Sequence record: SRR31156797_4760
Length of the DNA stretch: 39,975 bases
Direction: 5' to 3' (one strand)
In this document: piece after piece, positions 18,702 through 29,313 of the stretch
How the letters are laid out: each line of letters opens with the position of its first letter
Position numbering within the stretch: the first letter of the stretch is position 1
Notes under the pieces: generated by a model
Database searches by the model: none
The model's input: only the letters and a program-made list of their open reading frames with translations
Told to the model about the DNA's origin: nothing
Position numbers and translations under genes: made by a program

Positions 18702-19882
18702 TGAAACGTATTTATCTTGATTGTTTTTCCGGTGTCAGCGGCAACATGTTGCTAGGTGCGCTGCTGGATGCGGGGGTTCCGCAAAAGCTGCTCCAAGACA
18801 CCCTGCAACAGCTCAGCATCAATGGATTTGACCTCAATATCGAGCATGTCCAGGTCCATGGGTTTGCCGCATACCGAGTAACGGTCGCCACCGATGAACA
18901 CCACCCTCACCGACACCTTGCTGACATCAACTCGATCCTTGAAAACTCCACCCTGGACCCCGCGATAACAGCAGGAGCCAGAGCAGTTTTTTATCGTCTT
19001 GCAGAAGCAGAGGCGGCAGTACACGGAACCACTGTTGAAGCCATCCATTTTCACGAAGTCGGAGCAGTGGATGCCCTGGTAGACATCGTTGGCACGATAG
19101 CTGGTTTTAATTTTCTCGGCCCAGCAGAGATTACCTGCTCTCCACTGCCCATGCCCGGAGGCTGGGTAGAGTGTGCCCATGGGGAAATACCGTTGCCGGC
19201 ACCTGCAGTGTGCAAACTTCTGCAAGCCGTTCCCGTATATGGAGAATCTTTGCAACAGGAGTTGGTCACCCCCACTGGCGCAGCTTTGGTGACTGAACTT
19301 GCATCAGGATTTGGTCAGATGCCGACTATGATCCTCCAGAAAACTGCCTACGGTGCGGGTACCATGCAGCGAGCAGATTCGAGACCTAACCTTTTACGAC
19401 TCCAGGTTGGTGAGGCTTTGGAGGTTATGGAATCGCAGCAAGTCGACATCCTTGACACCCATATTGACGACTGGAATCCTGAACTATGGCCCCATACCAG
19501 CCAACTGCTGCTGGATGCAGGTGCGCTTGACGTTTGCCTGATCCCAATGCAGATGAAAAAAGGTCGTCCTGGCTTCCTGTTGCGGGTGGTAAGTGCACCA
19601 GCCACCACTCTCCAGCTTAAAAACTGTCTCTTCCAGGAAACTAGCACCATAGGTATTCGATGCCGCCGAGAAAGCCGATCAACCCTGCTTAGGGAGTCAG
19701 TAACGGTGGATTCTCCCTGGGGCCCATTACAAGCCAAAAAAATTCACCGCCCCGGCGGAATAGAAATTTCCCCTGAATATGAGGCATGCCTGATCATTGC
19801 CAAGCAACATGGCATACCCTTGCAGTCCGTCTATGCTGCTGTACGAGATTGCCAGCTCAACCGCTCTTTGAAGGACAAATAA
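18698..19882 (+). CDS. larC: Nickel-pincer cofactor biosynthesis protein LarC (DUF111)
   Basis: YLDCFSGVSGNMLLGAL, HHPHRH, HFHEVGAVDALVDI, PAPA, ELVTPTGAA, MKKGRPG and PEYE motifs. Confidence 0.93.
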   Translation: MMKRIYLDCFSGVSGNMLLGALLDAGVPQKLLQDTLQQLSINGFDLNIEHVQVHGFAAYRVTVATDEHHPHRHLADINSILENSTLDPAITAGARAVFYRLAEAEAAVHGTTVEAIHFHEVGAVDALVDIVGTIAGFNFLGPAEITCSPLPMPGGWVECAHGEIPLPAPAVCKLLQAVPVYGESLQQELVTPTGAALVTELASGFGQMPTMILQKTAYGAGTMQRADSRPNLLRLQVGEALEVMESQQVDILDTHIDDWNPELWPHTSQLLLDAGALDVCLIPMQMKKGRPGFLLRVVSAPATTLQLKNCLFQETSTIGIRCRRESRSTLLRESVTVDSPWGPLQAKKIHRPGGIEISPEYEACLIIAKQHGIPLQSVYAAVRDCQLNRSLKDK

Positions 19883-20338
19883 ATGGATAGATTGTTCATG
19901 TTTATCGCCACCGGAGCCTACAGCGGTTACCTGCCCAAGGCACCCGGAACCTGGGGGTCTGCGGTCGGTGTTTTTCTCTGGATGGTACTCTATCGTTTGC
20001 CGCTGCCCACCTATTTGCTGGGAGTAGCCATTCTATTTATTCTTGGAGTTATCTCTGCCGGGGCAGCGGAAAAAATTGTTGACCATGGCGATCCCGGCTT
20101 GGTCGTTATTGATGAAATTGTAGGGCAACTGATTGCCTTGGCTACCATTCCATTCCAACCAATACCGATCCTTCTTGCGTTTATTCTTTTCCGTATTTTT
20201 GATGTCCTCAAGCCCTTCCCGGTCGGTTGGCTAGACACTCATATTCACGGTGGCCTGGGTATCATGCTGGACGATGTCTTTGCCGGTCTTTATGCTCTTG
20301 TTATTCTCAAGATTGGTCTGCATTTTTTCGGGACCTAA
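19883..20338 (+). CDS. pgpA: Phosphatidylglycerophosphatase A
   Basis: APGTWGS, DPGLVVIDEIVG, FRIFDVLKP and GGLGIMLDD motifs. Confidence 0.95.
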   Translation: MDRLFMFIATGAYSGYLPKAPGTWGSAVGVFLWMVLYRLPLPTYLLGVAILFILGVISAGAAEKIVDHGDPGLVVIDEIVGQLIALATIPFQPIPILLAFILFRIFDVLKPFPVGWLDTHIHGGLGIMLDDVFAGLYALVILKIGLHFFGT

Positions 20339-20360
20339 TTCGAGTGGATAAAAATCAGTC

Positions 20361-21155
20361 ATGAAAAAAATCATCGATTTTCACACCCACGCATTTCCTG
20401 ACGCCATAGCTACAGGTGCAATCACCTCTTTAGAAAAAAGCGGTAACATCAAAGCCTTTCTTAATGGCACCATTGCCGGCCTTTTACAGTCTATGGATCA
20501 GGCGGAAATCGAGACCTCAGTCATCTGCTCCATAGCCACCCGCCCCCAGCAATTCCAACCCATTTTGGACTGGTCCCTGGCCATACGATCTAAACGGATT
20601 GTTCCCTTTCCTTCGATCCATCCTGCTGACCCGGAGATCGAATCGCGATTACAGCAAATCCACGAGCTTGGTTTTAAAGGAATCAAACTGCACCCCTATT
20701 ACCAGGACTTCTTTCTCGATGACCAGACATTAAGCCCTCTTTACCAACAAGCAGCGAAACTGGGACTTCTAGTGGTCGTTCACACCGGCTACGATATCGC
20801 CTACCCCAGGATCAGACGCGCCAACCCACAACGCATCCTTAATGTCACCTGTCAATTTCCCACCTTAAAGCTTATCACCACCCATTTAGGCGGATGGGAT
20901 GAGTGGCACGACGTCAAAACAAAGCTGGTCGGCAAGCCTATCTATATGGAAATGTCCTTTGCACTTGATTTTCTTGATAAGGATTACATCAAAGAGCTGC
21001 TCCTTTCCCACCCACAGGAGTACATCCTTTTTGGCTCTGACTCACCATGGGCTGACCAGCTAACCAGTTTGGACATGCTAAGAAATCTCAAACTACCGGC
21101 AGATTTTTTATCAGCCATCACCAGGGAAAATGGAGCCAGACTTCTTGGCCTGTAA
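20361..21155 (+). CDS. Amidohydrolase-family (Amidohydro_2) metal-dependent hydrolase
   Basis: IDFHTH, GIKLHP, VHTG, THLGG and LFGSDSPW motifs. Confidence 0.88.
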   Translation: MKKIIDFHTHAFPDAIATGAITSLEKSGNIKAFLNGTIAGLLQSMDQAEIETSVICSIATRPQQFQPILDWSLAIRSKRIVPFPSIHPADPEIESRLQQIHELGFKGIKLHPYYQDFFLDDQTLSPLYQQAAKLGLLVVVHTGYDIAYPRIRRANPQRILNVTCQFPTLKLITTHLGGWDEWHDVKTKLVGKPIYMEMSFALDFLDKDYIKELLLSHPQEYILFGSDSPWADQLTSLDMLRNLKLPADFLSAITRENGARLLGL

Positions 21156-21222
21156 AATACAAAAAGGGCAGCTCCAGGCAGAAAAAGCAGGCAAGGGACA
21201 CGCGGAGAAGTACTGCAAGAGA

Positions 21223-21257
21223 TTTCGGCGGCAGCCAGCTGTGACTGCCGCCGAAAA
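21223..21257. terminator. Terminator between the convergent amidohydrolase and dapL genes
   Basis: 12-bp stem TTTCGGCGGCAG/CTGCCGCCGAAA. Confidence 0.7.
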
Positions 21258-21261
21258 GAGA

Positions 21262-22485
21262 TTAGCTTAAAGCACTGCTGATACGATCCATAGCGGTGAT
21301 AACATTTTCACGAGAATTAAAGGCTGAGATACGGATATATCCCTGGCCGCATTTCCCAAAACCTGCCCCTGGTGTACAAACCACCCCAGCCTTGTCAAGC
21401 AGCAAGTCAAAGAAGTCCCACGAATCACGATCTCCCCATATCCAGATATACGGCGAATTATCACCGCCAACATACTCAAATTCCAACTGACCGATGGCCT
21501 TGCCGATAATCTTAGCATTTTCCAGGTACCCATCTATCAGCGCTTTGGTTTCCACTTTTCCCTCAGCAGAAAAAGCAGCTGCGGCTGCACGCTGTACCGG
21601 ATAGCTTACCCCGTTAAACTTGGTGCAATGGCGCCTATTCCAGAGGGCATGCAATGCGTGCTGGTCTCCGTTCTGGTCATACGCCATACACTCTTTTGGA
21701 ACCACGGTATAGGCGCAGCGAGTGCCGGTGAAGCCTGCAGTCTTTGAAAGACTGCGAAATTCAATAGCCACCTCACGTGCACCTTCTATTTCATAAATGG
21801 AATGGGGTAGACTTTCATCACGGATAAAGGCCTCATAGGCGGCATCAAATAGAATAAGCGCTTTGTTGTCTCTTGCATAATCAACCCATACCTTAAGCTG
21901 CTCCTTGGAAATAGTTGAGCCAGTTGGGTTGTTTGGAAAACAGAGATAGATCATGTCCACCTTTTCCTTGGGGAGATCCGGGACATAATTGTTTTCCCTG
22001 GTGGATTCCAAGTAGACAATGCCGTCGTAGCGGTCATTGTTATACCCACCGGTTCGCCCTGCCATCACGTTGGTATCGAGGTAAACAGGATACACCGGGT
22101 CCGGGATAGCAACACGCGTATCAAGAGAAAAAATCTCCTGGATATTTCCGGAGTCGCATTTGGCACCATCGGAAACAAAAATTTCATCACTATTTACTTC
22201 AGCCCCACGGGCCTGAAAATCATTGGCAACGATTGTTTCACGCAAAAAATCATACCCTTGCTCCGGGCCATACCCACGGAATCCTGCTTCGGTTGCCATT
22301 TCATCAACGGCATCATGGAATGCCTTCACGCAGGCTCCAGGCAATGGATTGGTAACATCACCAATTCCAAGCTTGATCACGTCCTTGTCAGGATTATTTT
22401 CCTGAAAGGCGGCCACTCGTTTGGCAATGTTGGAAAAAAGATATGATGCCTGCAATTTCAAGTAATGTTCGTTGATTTTTATCAT
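21262..22485 (-). CDS. dapL: LL-diaminopimelate aminotransferase
   Basis: [34 protein letters not shown] and [12 protein letters not shown] motifs. Confidence 0.96.
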   Translation of the reverse strand: MIKINEHYLKLQASYLFSNIAKRVAAFQENNPDKDVIKLGIGDVTNPLPGACVKAFHDAVDEMATEAGFRGYGPEQGYDFLRETIVANDFQARGAEVNSDEIFVSDGAKCDSGNIQEIFSLDTRVAIPDPVYPVYLDTNVMAGRTGGYNNDRYDGIVYLESTRENNYVPDLPKEKVDMIYLCFPNNPTGSTISKEQLKVWVDYARDNKALILFDAAYEAFIRDESLPHSIYEIEGAREVAIEFRSLSKTAGFTGTRCAYTVVPKECMAYDQNGDQHALHALWNRRHCTKFNGVSYPVQRAAAAAFSAEGKVETKALIDGYLENAKIIGKAIGQLEFEYVGGDNSPYIWIWGDRDSWDFFDLLLDKAGVVCTPGAGFGKCGQGYIRISAFNSRENVITAMDRISSALS

Positions 22486-22646
22486 GAAAAAATCCTGTTT
22501 TGTTTCGTTGTTGTCTATTACCGAGGTCGCAAAAAAGCTCCCTGCCACGCACTAAAAATCCCCAGTATCCTGCATAGATTTCATACAATGACATACTGGA
22601 AACACGCTCTTTCCTGTTACCCTTTCCAATCTATGCTGCCACTGCC

Positions 22647-23213
22647 TTAAAGATCAACTTTCACCCGGTTACTGAAATCGTATCCATCGGTGGAGAGGTC
22701 ATAGTCCATTCGTCCTCCCTCAAGTCTAAAATGAGGACCTTGCAAGTCCACAGCGCCAGGACTGACGGCCATTTTATCAGCATCGTAATAATGAAGGAGA
22801 TCAGTATACAGGACCTCCTTGGTCTCTGGTTTGCTGATCACCACATCATCGATGAGGATAAGGTGCCGGTCATCGATGTAGTATTGCCCTTGAAGACTGA
22901 CGATATGGGTAGGGGCTTTGTCCTTACCAATATAGCGGGCATTAACTACTTCCATCTCTATGACACGGTCATTTTTACCGGTCTTTGCGCGTTCAGCAGT
23001 GATCAACCACTCTTGCTTGCCATTACTGGTCAAAGTGATAGTAACGGTATCCATCTGAAACTGCTGAGAGCTCACAGCCTGATCACCACCCTGATGCTGA
23101 TCAAATCCACCACGTGGTTTCAGAAAAGTCGCCACTGCAGGCTGCCAGCCAGGACTGGTAACAAACAAAACAAGCGGCACTATCCAGAGCAGATCGCGCG
23201 GTTTTTTGATCAT
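22647..23213 (-). CDS. lptC: LPS export protein LptC
   Basis: N-terminal membrane anchor, beta-jellyroll pattern (WLITAERA, LYTDLLHY) and position after kdsC. Confidence 0.8.
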   Translation of the reverse strand: MIKKPRDLLWIVPLVLFVTSPGWQPAVATFLKPRGGFDQHQGGDQAVSSQQFQMDTVTITLTSNGKQEWLITAERAKTGKNDRVIEMEVVNARYIGKDKAPTHIVSLQGQYYIDDRHLILIDDVVISKPETKEVLYTDLLHYYDADKMAVSPGAVDLQGPHFRLEGGRMDYDLSTDGYDFSNRVKVDL

Positions 23214-23854
23214 CTGTCAAACCTGGCAAACATCTGTTGATAGGTACCCTGGGACTCCATGATGAGGTCGCAGACCTCACGCACAGCTCCTTGACCACCG
23301 CTGCGGGTAGTAATATATTGAACTCGCTGCTGAATTTCGGCTACAGCATTGACAGGGGCAGCAGCAAAACCCACCCGGTTCAAAAGCGGCAGATCAACCC
23401 AGTCATCTCCCATATAGGCGGTATGCATGGGACGCAAGCCAGTCTTTTTTAACACCTCTTCATATACCGAGAGCTTGTCAAATTTCCCCTGATAGACATG
23501 GGCCATCTTGAGTTCTTCCGCTCTCCGAGCAACGATGGATGAATTACGAGCAGTAATAATACCAACTTCAACCCCGCTCTCCTGCAACAGTCTGATCCCA
23601 AGCCCATCTTGGGTATGGAAACACTTCGCCTCTTCCCCGCTCCCCGTATATAAAAGGGACCCATTGGTTAAGACACCGTCAACATCAAGCAGCAGTAACT
23701 TAACTTTTTGTGCCTGCCCCAATGCAGCCGTCCACTCTTTGCTTCTCTCAATCGTATTATTCCGTTTCATCGCTCTTGTTCGCAGTGCTTCTGTAAGCTG
23801 ACAATCCGAAGGGTACTCACCTGGGTTTGCTGGCGAACAACCATCAGATATCAT
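23210..23854 (-). CDS. kdsC: KDO 8-phosphate phosphatase KdsC (HAD family)
   Basis: [23 protein letters not shown] and [13 protein letters not shown] motifs. GGAG RBS before ATG 23854. Confidence 0.93.
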   Translation of the reverse strand: MISDGCSPANPGEYPSDCQLTEALRTRAMKRNNTIERSKEWTAALGQAQKVKLLLLDVDGVLTNGSLLYTGSGEEAKCFHTQDGLGIRLLQESGVEVGIITARNSSIVARRAEELKMAHVYQGKFDKLSVYEEVLKKTGLRPMHTAYMGDDWVDLPLLNRVGFAAAPVNAVAEIQQRVQYITTRSGGQGAVREVCDLIMESQGTYQQMFARFDR

Positions 23855-24692
23855 GAGATACTCCATCCACTGCTTCACGAATTTTCAGCAGTTCAATTAA
23901 TAATGGCTCGACCTGATCAAGCGGCAACGAGTTCGGTCCGTCACATAAGGCCTTATCTGGATCGGGGTGAACCTCCATGAACAAACCATCTATGCCCGCT
24001 GCCATAGCAGCCCTGGTCAGCGGGGCTATAAAATTTCGTTGTCCACTGGATGATTTTCCTGCTCCCCCCGGCAATTGTACCGAATGGGTGGCATCAAAAA
24101 CAACAGGACTGCCTAAAGAACGCATGACCGGCAGAGAACGCATATCAACCACCAGGTTGTTATAGCCAAAGCTGGCCCCCCGTTCGGTGAGCAAAATTTT
24201 ATCGCAACCGCTGCCCCGCAACTTATTGACCACGTGCTCCATGTCCCATGGACTTACAAACTGTCCTTTTTTGACATTGACCACCTTACCTGTTTTAGCT
24301 GCTGCTGCCAGCAGGTCTGTCTGCCGGCATAAAAAGGCAGGAATCTGCAGAATATCAAGACAATCAGCAGCAAGTTCAGCATGGCCGGACTCATGGATAT
24401 CGGAAACCACGGGAATTCCCATCTCTTCCCTGAGTCGTCCAAGCTGGCGCAGTCCTTTTTCAGGCCCTGGCCCACGAAAGGCATCCAGTGACGTTCTGTT
24501 TGCTTTATCAAATGAAGCCTTAAAGACATAGGGTATGTCAAGTCGCGTGGTAATGGCCTTCATTTCCTGGGCAATTTCCAAAGCCAGCTCAGGTGATTCC
24601 AACACACATGGCCCAGCCATAAGCAGCAATGGTTGCCCAGGACCAATGCTGATGCTTTTTCCGGCAAAAGTATTAAAAACGACGCTTTTCAT
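23844..24692 (-). CDS. kdsA: KDO 8-phosphate synthase
   Basis: [30 protein letters not shown] and [10 protein letters not shown] motifs. Confidence 0.97.
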   Translation of the reverse strand: MKSVVFNTFAGKSISIGPGQPLLLMAGPCVLESPELALEIAQEMKAITTRLDIPYVFKASFDKANRTSLDAFRGPGPEKGLRQLGRLREEMGIPVVSDIHESGHAELAADCLDILQIPAFLCRQTDLLAAAAKTGKVVNVKKGQFVSPWDMEHVVNKLRGSGCDKILLTERGASFGYNNLVVDMRSLPVMRSLGSPVVFDATHSVQLPGGAGKSSSGQRNFIAPLTRAAMAAGIDGLFMEVHPDPDKALCDGPNSLPLDQVEPLLIELLKIREAVDGVSHDI

Positions 24693-24759
24693 AAGTGACT
24701 GTCTTTATCCAACAAATTAAGAAATTATTCAATGAACCTCGCCTTACCCTCAATCCGCA

Positions 24760-26409
24760 TTACTTTTTATTATCCAAAGCGGCCTTGATAAAGGCCTTAA
24801 ATAATGGATGCGGTCTCATAGGCTTGGACTGAAATTCGGGATGAAATTGACACCCGAGGAACCAGGGATGATCAGCAAGCTCAACGATTTCTACCAGGGT
24901 CTTGTCCGGTGAAGTACCGCTGACGAGCATCCCAGCCTCTTCAAGGGGCTCACGAAAGGCATTGTTAAACTCATATCGATGACGATGCCGTTCACTGACC
25001 TCTTCCTGCTGGTAAGCATCTGCAGCATGAGTATTTTCTTCCAAAATACAGGGATACGCACCAAGGCGAAGAGTACCGCCCATATCTGAATGCTCATTCC
25101 TGGTTTCAGTTTTACCTGTTCTGAAGTCATACCATTCCGTCATTAAATAAATAACAGGATTGGTAGTAGCACTGTTGAACTCAACCGAATGGGCATCAGT
25201 AATACCTGCAATATTTCGGGCAAATTCGACCACTGCCAACTGCATTCCGAGACAGATGCCAAAAAAAGGGACATTATTTTCCCTGGCATAGGTGATGGCA
25301 CGGATCTTACCCTCCATGCCCCGACTGCCGAATCCGCCAGGCACCAAAATGCCGTCACATCGCTTTAAACTCGAATCATCAGAGTTCTTTTCGAGATCTT
25401 CAGCGCTGATATACTCCAGCTCGACTTTAGTATCGTTACCAATCCCTCCGTGAACCAAAGCTTCGTGAAGACTCTTGTAGGATTCGGTAAGATCAACATA
25501 CTTACCTGTAATGCCTATCGTAACGGTGTGCTTGGGATTTTTGATTTTATGAACCAATTTTTCCCAGGGTTTAACATTGGGTGCACCGGTCCAGATACCG
25601 AGTTTCTCCAAAATCCTGTCATCAACCCCTTCGGCATGAAGCTTTAAAGGCACCTCATAAATATTATCAACATCCACCACCGAAATAACGTATTTAGCTT
25701 CTACATTACAAAATAAAGCGATCTTTCGTTTCAGCTCTTCTGTGAGTGGTGCCTCAGTACGGCACATGAGAATATCGGGCTGAATACCGGATGCGAGCAA
25801 TTCTTTTACCGAGTGCTGGGTGGGCTTTGTCTTTACCTCACCTGCTGTTTTTATATAGGGAACCAGGGTTAAATGGATAAACAGTGAATATTCCCTGCCA
25901 AGATCTGAGCGAAGCTGGCGAATTGCTTCTATAAAGGGCAAACCTTCAATATCACCTACGGTACCGCCGATCTCAATAATGGCGACATCTACCAGGCCGT
26001 CAAGCTGCAGTACCGCTTCTTTGATCTCATCGGTGACATGGGGGATGACCTGCACGGTACCGCCAAGGTACTCGCCACGACGCTCCTTCATAATAACGGA
26101 ATAATAAATTCGCCCGGAAGTATAATTATTCTTCTGCGCCATCACTGCATTGGTGTAGCGCTCATAATGCCCCATATCCAAATCAGTTTCAGCACCATCA
26201 TCTGTAACGTAGACCTCGCCATGCTGAAAAGGATTCATGGTTCCTGGATCTACGTTTATATAAGGATCCAACTTTTGGAAGGTAACTGTCATCCCTCTGG
26301 ATTCGAGCAACGATCCAATTGATGCTGCAGACAGGCCTTTTCCTAAAGAGGAGAGGACACCGCCGGTAATAAAAATAAATTTCGTCTTTTTGCTTAACGG
26401 TTGCTTCAT
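24760..26409 (-). CDS. pyrG: CTP synthase
   Basis: [38 protein letters not shown] and QFHPEF motifs. Confidence 0.98.
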   Translation of the reverse strand: MKQPLSKKTKFIFITGGVLSSLGKGLSAASIGSLLESRGMTVTFQKLDPYINVDPGTMNPFQHGEVYVTDDGAETDLDMGHYERYTNAVMAQKNNYTSGRIYYSVIMKERRGEYLGGTVQVIPHVTDEIKEAVLQLDGLVDVAIIEIGGTVGDIEGLPFIEAIRQLRSDLGREYSLFIHLTLVPYIKTAGEVKTKPTQHSVKELLASGIQPDILMCRTEAPLTEELKRKIALFCNVEAKYVISVVDVDNIYEVPLKLHAEGVDDRILEKLGIWTGAPNVKPWEKLVHKIKNPKHTVTIGITGKYVDLTESYKSLHEALVHGGIGNDTKVELEYISAEDLEKNSDDSSLKRCDGILVPGGFGSRGMEGKIRAITYARENNVPFFGICLGMQLAVVEFARNIAGITDAHSVEFNSATTNPVIYLMTEWYDFRTGKTETRNEHSDMGGTLRLGAYPCILEENTHAADAYQQEEVSERHRHRYEFNNAFREPLEEAGMLVSGTSPDKTLVEIVELADHPWFLGCQFHPEFQSKPMRPHPLFKAFIKAALDNKK

Positions 26410-26469
26410 GCGTTCACCTGATAAATTCTATAGGGGGGAAAATAAGTCAGCCGGCGGCTGTCATTTTTT

Positions 26470-26510
26470 GGCTGGAAGAAAACTATACACGATCTGTTGC
26501 CGGTTGACAA
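26470..26510 (-). promoter_or_regulatory. Sigma70-type pyrG promoter
   Basis: Minus strand TTGTCA (26510-26505), 17-nt spacer, TATAGT (26487-26482), then TTTCTTCCAGCC. Confidence 0.6.
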
Positions 26511-26645
26511 CACAAGGAGGGCGGGATAAAGGCATAATTCTCTAAGCATAGAAAGGTGTGCCCCGACGCATCTGTATTTTGTACAGAACCCGCCAGCCGC
26601 CACTCCTTGGACACCTTCAAATTTCACCCACAAAAACAAATTGTT

Positions 26646-28772
26646 ATGCAGAACTACACTTTCAATATTGCCCGTGAAATGACCATCAAGCAGGATCAGG
26701 TGAGTGCTGTCTGCGAACTGCTTGACAGCGGAGCAACCCTTCCCTTTATTGCCCGCTACCGTAAAGAGTCGACAGGAGGCCTTGATGAGATTCAGATTGC
26801 TGCCGTCCGTGACCGTCTTGAACAAGCCAAAGAACTGAACAAACGACGTGAAACCATCCTCAATTCGCTGAAAGAGAGGGATTTACTTAACCCTGCGCTC
26901 TCCGCATCTGTTCAGGCTGCTCAGACCCTGAGCGAACTGGAAGACGTGTATCTGCCACATCGCCCCAAACGAAAAACCAAGGCGGCCATTGCCCGACAAA
27001 AAGGGCTGGAACCAATGGCCAAGGCCCTGTTCAACAAACAATCCGATATTCCTCGCCCAGAAACCTTTTTCAACCCGCAGCATAAACTGCTTACGGCCGA
27101 CGATGTCATGGCTGGAAGCCGGGATATTATTGCAGAATGGATAAGCGAGGAAAGCGGAACCCGAAACAAACTCAGACAAATATTCGCCACCAAGGCGATT
27201 ATCACCTCCCGAGTCATAGAAAAAAACAAAGAAAACGGCAAAAAATTTCAAGATTATTTCGACCGCCAGGAACCGGCAGCAAAGACACCTGGTCATCGCT
27301 TGCTGGCAATGTTCAGAGGAGAACAGGAAAAAATCCTCCGCCTCGCCATCCGCCCCCCGGAACAGATCGCCATGGGAATACTGCACACCAAGTACGCAAG
27401 GCGAGATAATTTTGCAAACCAACAGCTCAAACTTGCTGCGGCTGACAGTTACAAAAGGCTACTGGCACCATCGTTAGAAAATGAACTCCGTACCCTGCTA
27501 AAAGACCGGGCAGACAAGGAAGCCATTTCTGTTTTTTCCGACAATCTCAAAGAACTTTTGCTGGCTCCGCCCATGGGCCAGAAGTCAGTGATGGCACTGG
27601 ACCCCGGCTTCAGGACAGGGGCCAAACTAGTCTGCCTGGATCGCCATGGTGCCCTGCTCCACTATACAACTATTTTCCCTACCTTATCGCAAAAACAGCA
27701 GCAGGAAGCCGCTGCAGCAGTTCAGACGCTCTGCAAGCAATACTCTATTGAGGCCATTGCCATTGGTAACGGCACTGCTGGCAGAGAAACTGAAGCATTT
27801 GTCCGTGAGCTTGGCCTTCCACCTGAAATTATAGTGACCATGGTTGATGAGAGTGGGGCTTCGATTTACTCCGCATCGGAGATTGCGCGTGAGGAATTCC
27901 CTGATCATGACATCACGGTTCGTGGAGCCATTTCCATCGGCAGGCGATTACAGGATCCGTTGGCCGAGCTAGTCAAGCTGGACCCACAATCCATTGGGGT
28001 GGGCCAGTATCAGCACGACGTGCAGCAAAAGGCTCTGCAGCAGGGGCTCGATGATGTGGTAATGCACTGCGTCAACAGGGTTGGAGTCGATGTAAATACA
28101 GCCAGCCAATCCCTGTTGACCTATGTCTCCGGCTTAGGACCGGGTCTTGCGAAAAACATTATCGGTTTAAGAAATAAACAGGGTGCCTTTGCGTCAAGAA
28201 AGGCGCTTATGAAGGTACCCCGCCTGGGGGCCAAGGCCTTTGAACAATGCGCGGGGTTCTTGCGCATCAGCGGCGCTGCTAACCCGCTGGACAACTCTGC
28301 AGTCCACCCGGAGAGATATAGTTTGGTGGAACAAATGGCCAAAGATTCCCGTTGCAGCGTACAGGATCTAATCGCAACTCAAGAGCTGCGTAAACAGATA
28401 GACGTCACCAGGTACATCACCACAGAGGTCGGCAAACCAACACTACAGGATATTCTCACCGAGTTGGACAAGCCTGGCAGAGATCCCCGAACTTCCTTTA
28501 CCGCCTTCACTTTTAGTGAAGGCATCAACACCATGGACGACTTGGAGCCTGGTATGCAGCTGCCGGGAATAGTGACCAATGTCACCAAATTTGGTGCTTT
28601 TGTCGACATCGGCGTCCACCAGGACGGCCTTGTCCATATCAGTCAACTTGCCGACAAATTCGTCAATGATCCCAATGAAATAGTAAAAGTTCGCCAGCAT
28701 GTCCAGGTCCGTATCCTTGAAGTTGACATTGCCAGAAAACGGATCAGCCTGTCCATGCGAAAAAAAGGGTAA
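26646..28772 (+). CDS. tex: Tex-family RNA-binding transcriptional accessory protein
   Basis: GATLPFIARYRKE, DPGFRTG, ESGASIYSAS, SIGVGQYQHD and a C-terminal S1 domain (FGAFVDIGVHQDGLVHISQL). Start moved to ATG 26646. Confidence 0.96.
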   Translation: MQNYTFNIAREMTIKQDQVSAVCELLDSGATLPFIARYRKESTGGLDEIQIAAVRDRLEQAKELNKRRETILNSLKERDLLNPALSASVQAAQTLSELEDVYLPHRPKRKTKAAIARQKGLEPMAKALFNKQSDIPRPETFFNPQHKLLTADDVMAGSRDIIAEWISEESGTRNKLRQIFATKAIITSRVIEKNKENGKKFQDYFDRQEPAAKTPGHRLLAMFRGEQEKILRLAIRPPEQIAMGILHTKYARRDNFANQQLKLAAADSYKRLLAPSLENELRTLLKDRADKEAISVFSDNLKELLLAPPMGQKSVMALDPGFRTGAKLVCLDRHGALLHYTTIFPTLSQKQQQEAAAAVQTLCKQYSIEAIAIGNGTAGRETEAFVRELGLPPEIIVTMVDESGASIYSASEIAREEFPDHDITVRGAISIGRRLQDPLAELVKLDPQSIGVGQYQHDVQQKALQQGLDDVVMHCVNRVGVDVNTASQSLLTYVSGLGPGLAKNIIGLRNKQGAFASRKALMKVPRLGAKAFEQCAGFLRISGAANPLDNSAVHPERYSLVEQMAKDSRCSVQDLIATQELRKQIDVTRYITTEVGKPTLQDILTELDKPGRDPRTSFTAFTFSEGINTMDDLEPGMQLPGIVTNVTKFGAFVDIGVHQDGLVHISQLADKFVNDPNEIVKVRQHVQVRILEVDIARKRISLSMRKKG

Positions 28773-28777
28773 GGGGT

Positions 28778-29233
28778 TTAGCTGATAGAGAGAATATCCG
28801 CCAACTTTTGCTGACGATAGTCGAAAATTCTTTTCAGGGTTTTCCCTATATGCATCCACTGGAGTACGGCTCCCAGCGGACCGAATGGCGGCTGATAATG
28901 GACTCGGTCTAAAAGGAGCACTTGGTCTCCCTGTTCCTGTATTTCGTGATAATGATACCAAAAACGATATGGTCCCAGTCGTTGCTCATCAACAAATGAA
29001 TGGCGCTCACGAATGTGCTTAATCTCTGTAACCCACCCGTGGGTTCCCATCAAAGGAATGCTCACTCGGTATTCTACGATGAGCCCATTGTACATGATGT
29101 CCGGGGTATCTGAAACAATTTGAAAGCGTAGATCTGGTGGCGTAATCCGGTCCAAATTAGCAGGGTTCTGTAAGAAATGCCACGCCTTGTCAAGGGATGC
29201 GTTCACCTGTTGCTGTCGTTCCAATATATACAT
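28778..29233 (-). CDS. SRPBCC-family protein
   Basis: PANLDRITPP, FVDEQRLGPYRFWYHYH and IFDYR motifs. GGAGG RBS before ATG 29233. Confidence 0.85.
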   Translation of the reverse strand: MYILERQQQVNASLDKAWHFLQNPANLDRITPPDLRFQIVSDTPDIMYNGLIVEYRVSIPLMGTHGWVTEIKHIRERHSFVDEQRLGPYRFWYHYHEIQEQGDQVLLLDRVHYQPPFGPLGAVLQWMHIGKTLKRIFDYRQQKLADILSIS

Positions 29234-29313
29234 GGTCCCCTCCACTAAAATGAAAAATTGAATCTCCCCCTAGTACTACCATCTTTACACTCTGCACTTT
29301 TTCTGCTCTAACC

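Noticed and set aside
22486..22646. Lysine riboswitch upstream of dapL
   Set aside because: The gap shows no L-box signature sequences and no terminator/antiterminator.
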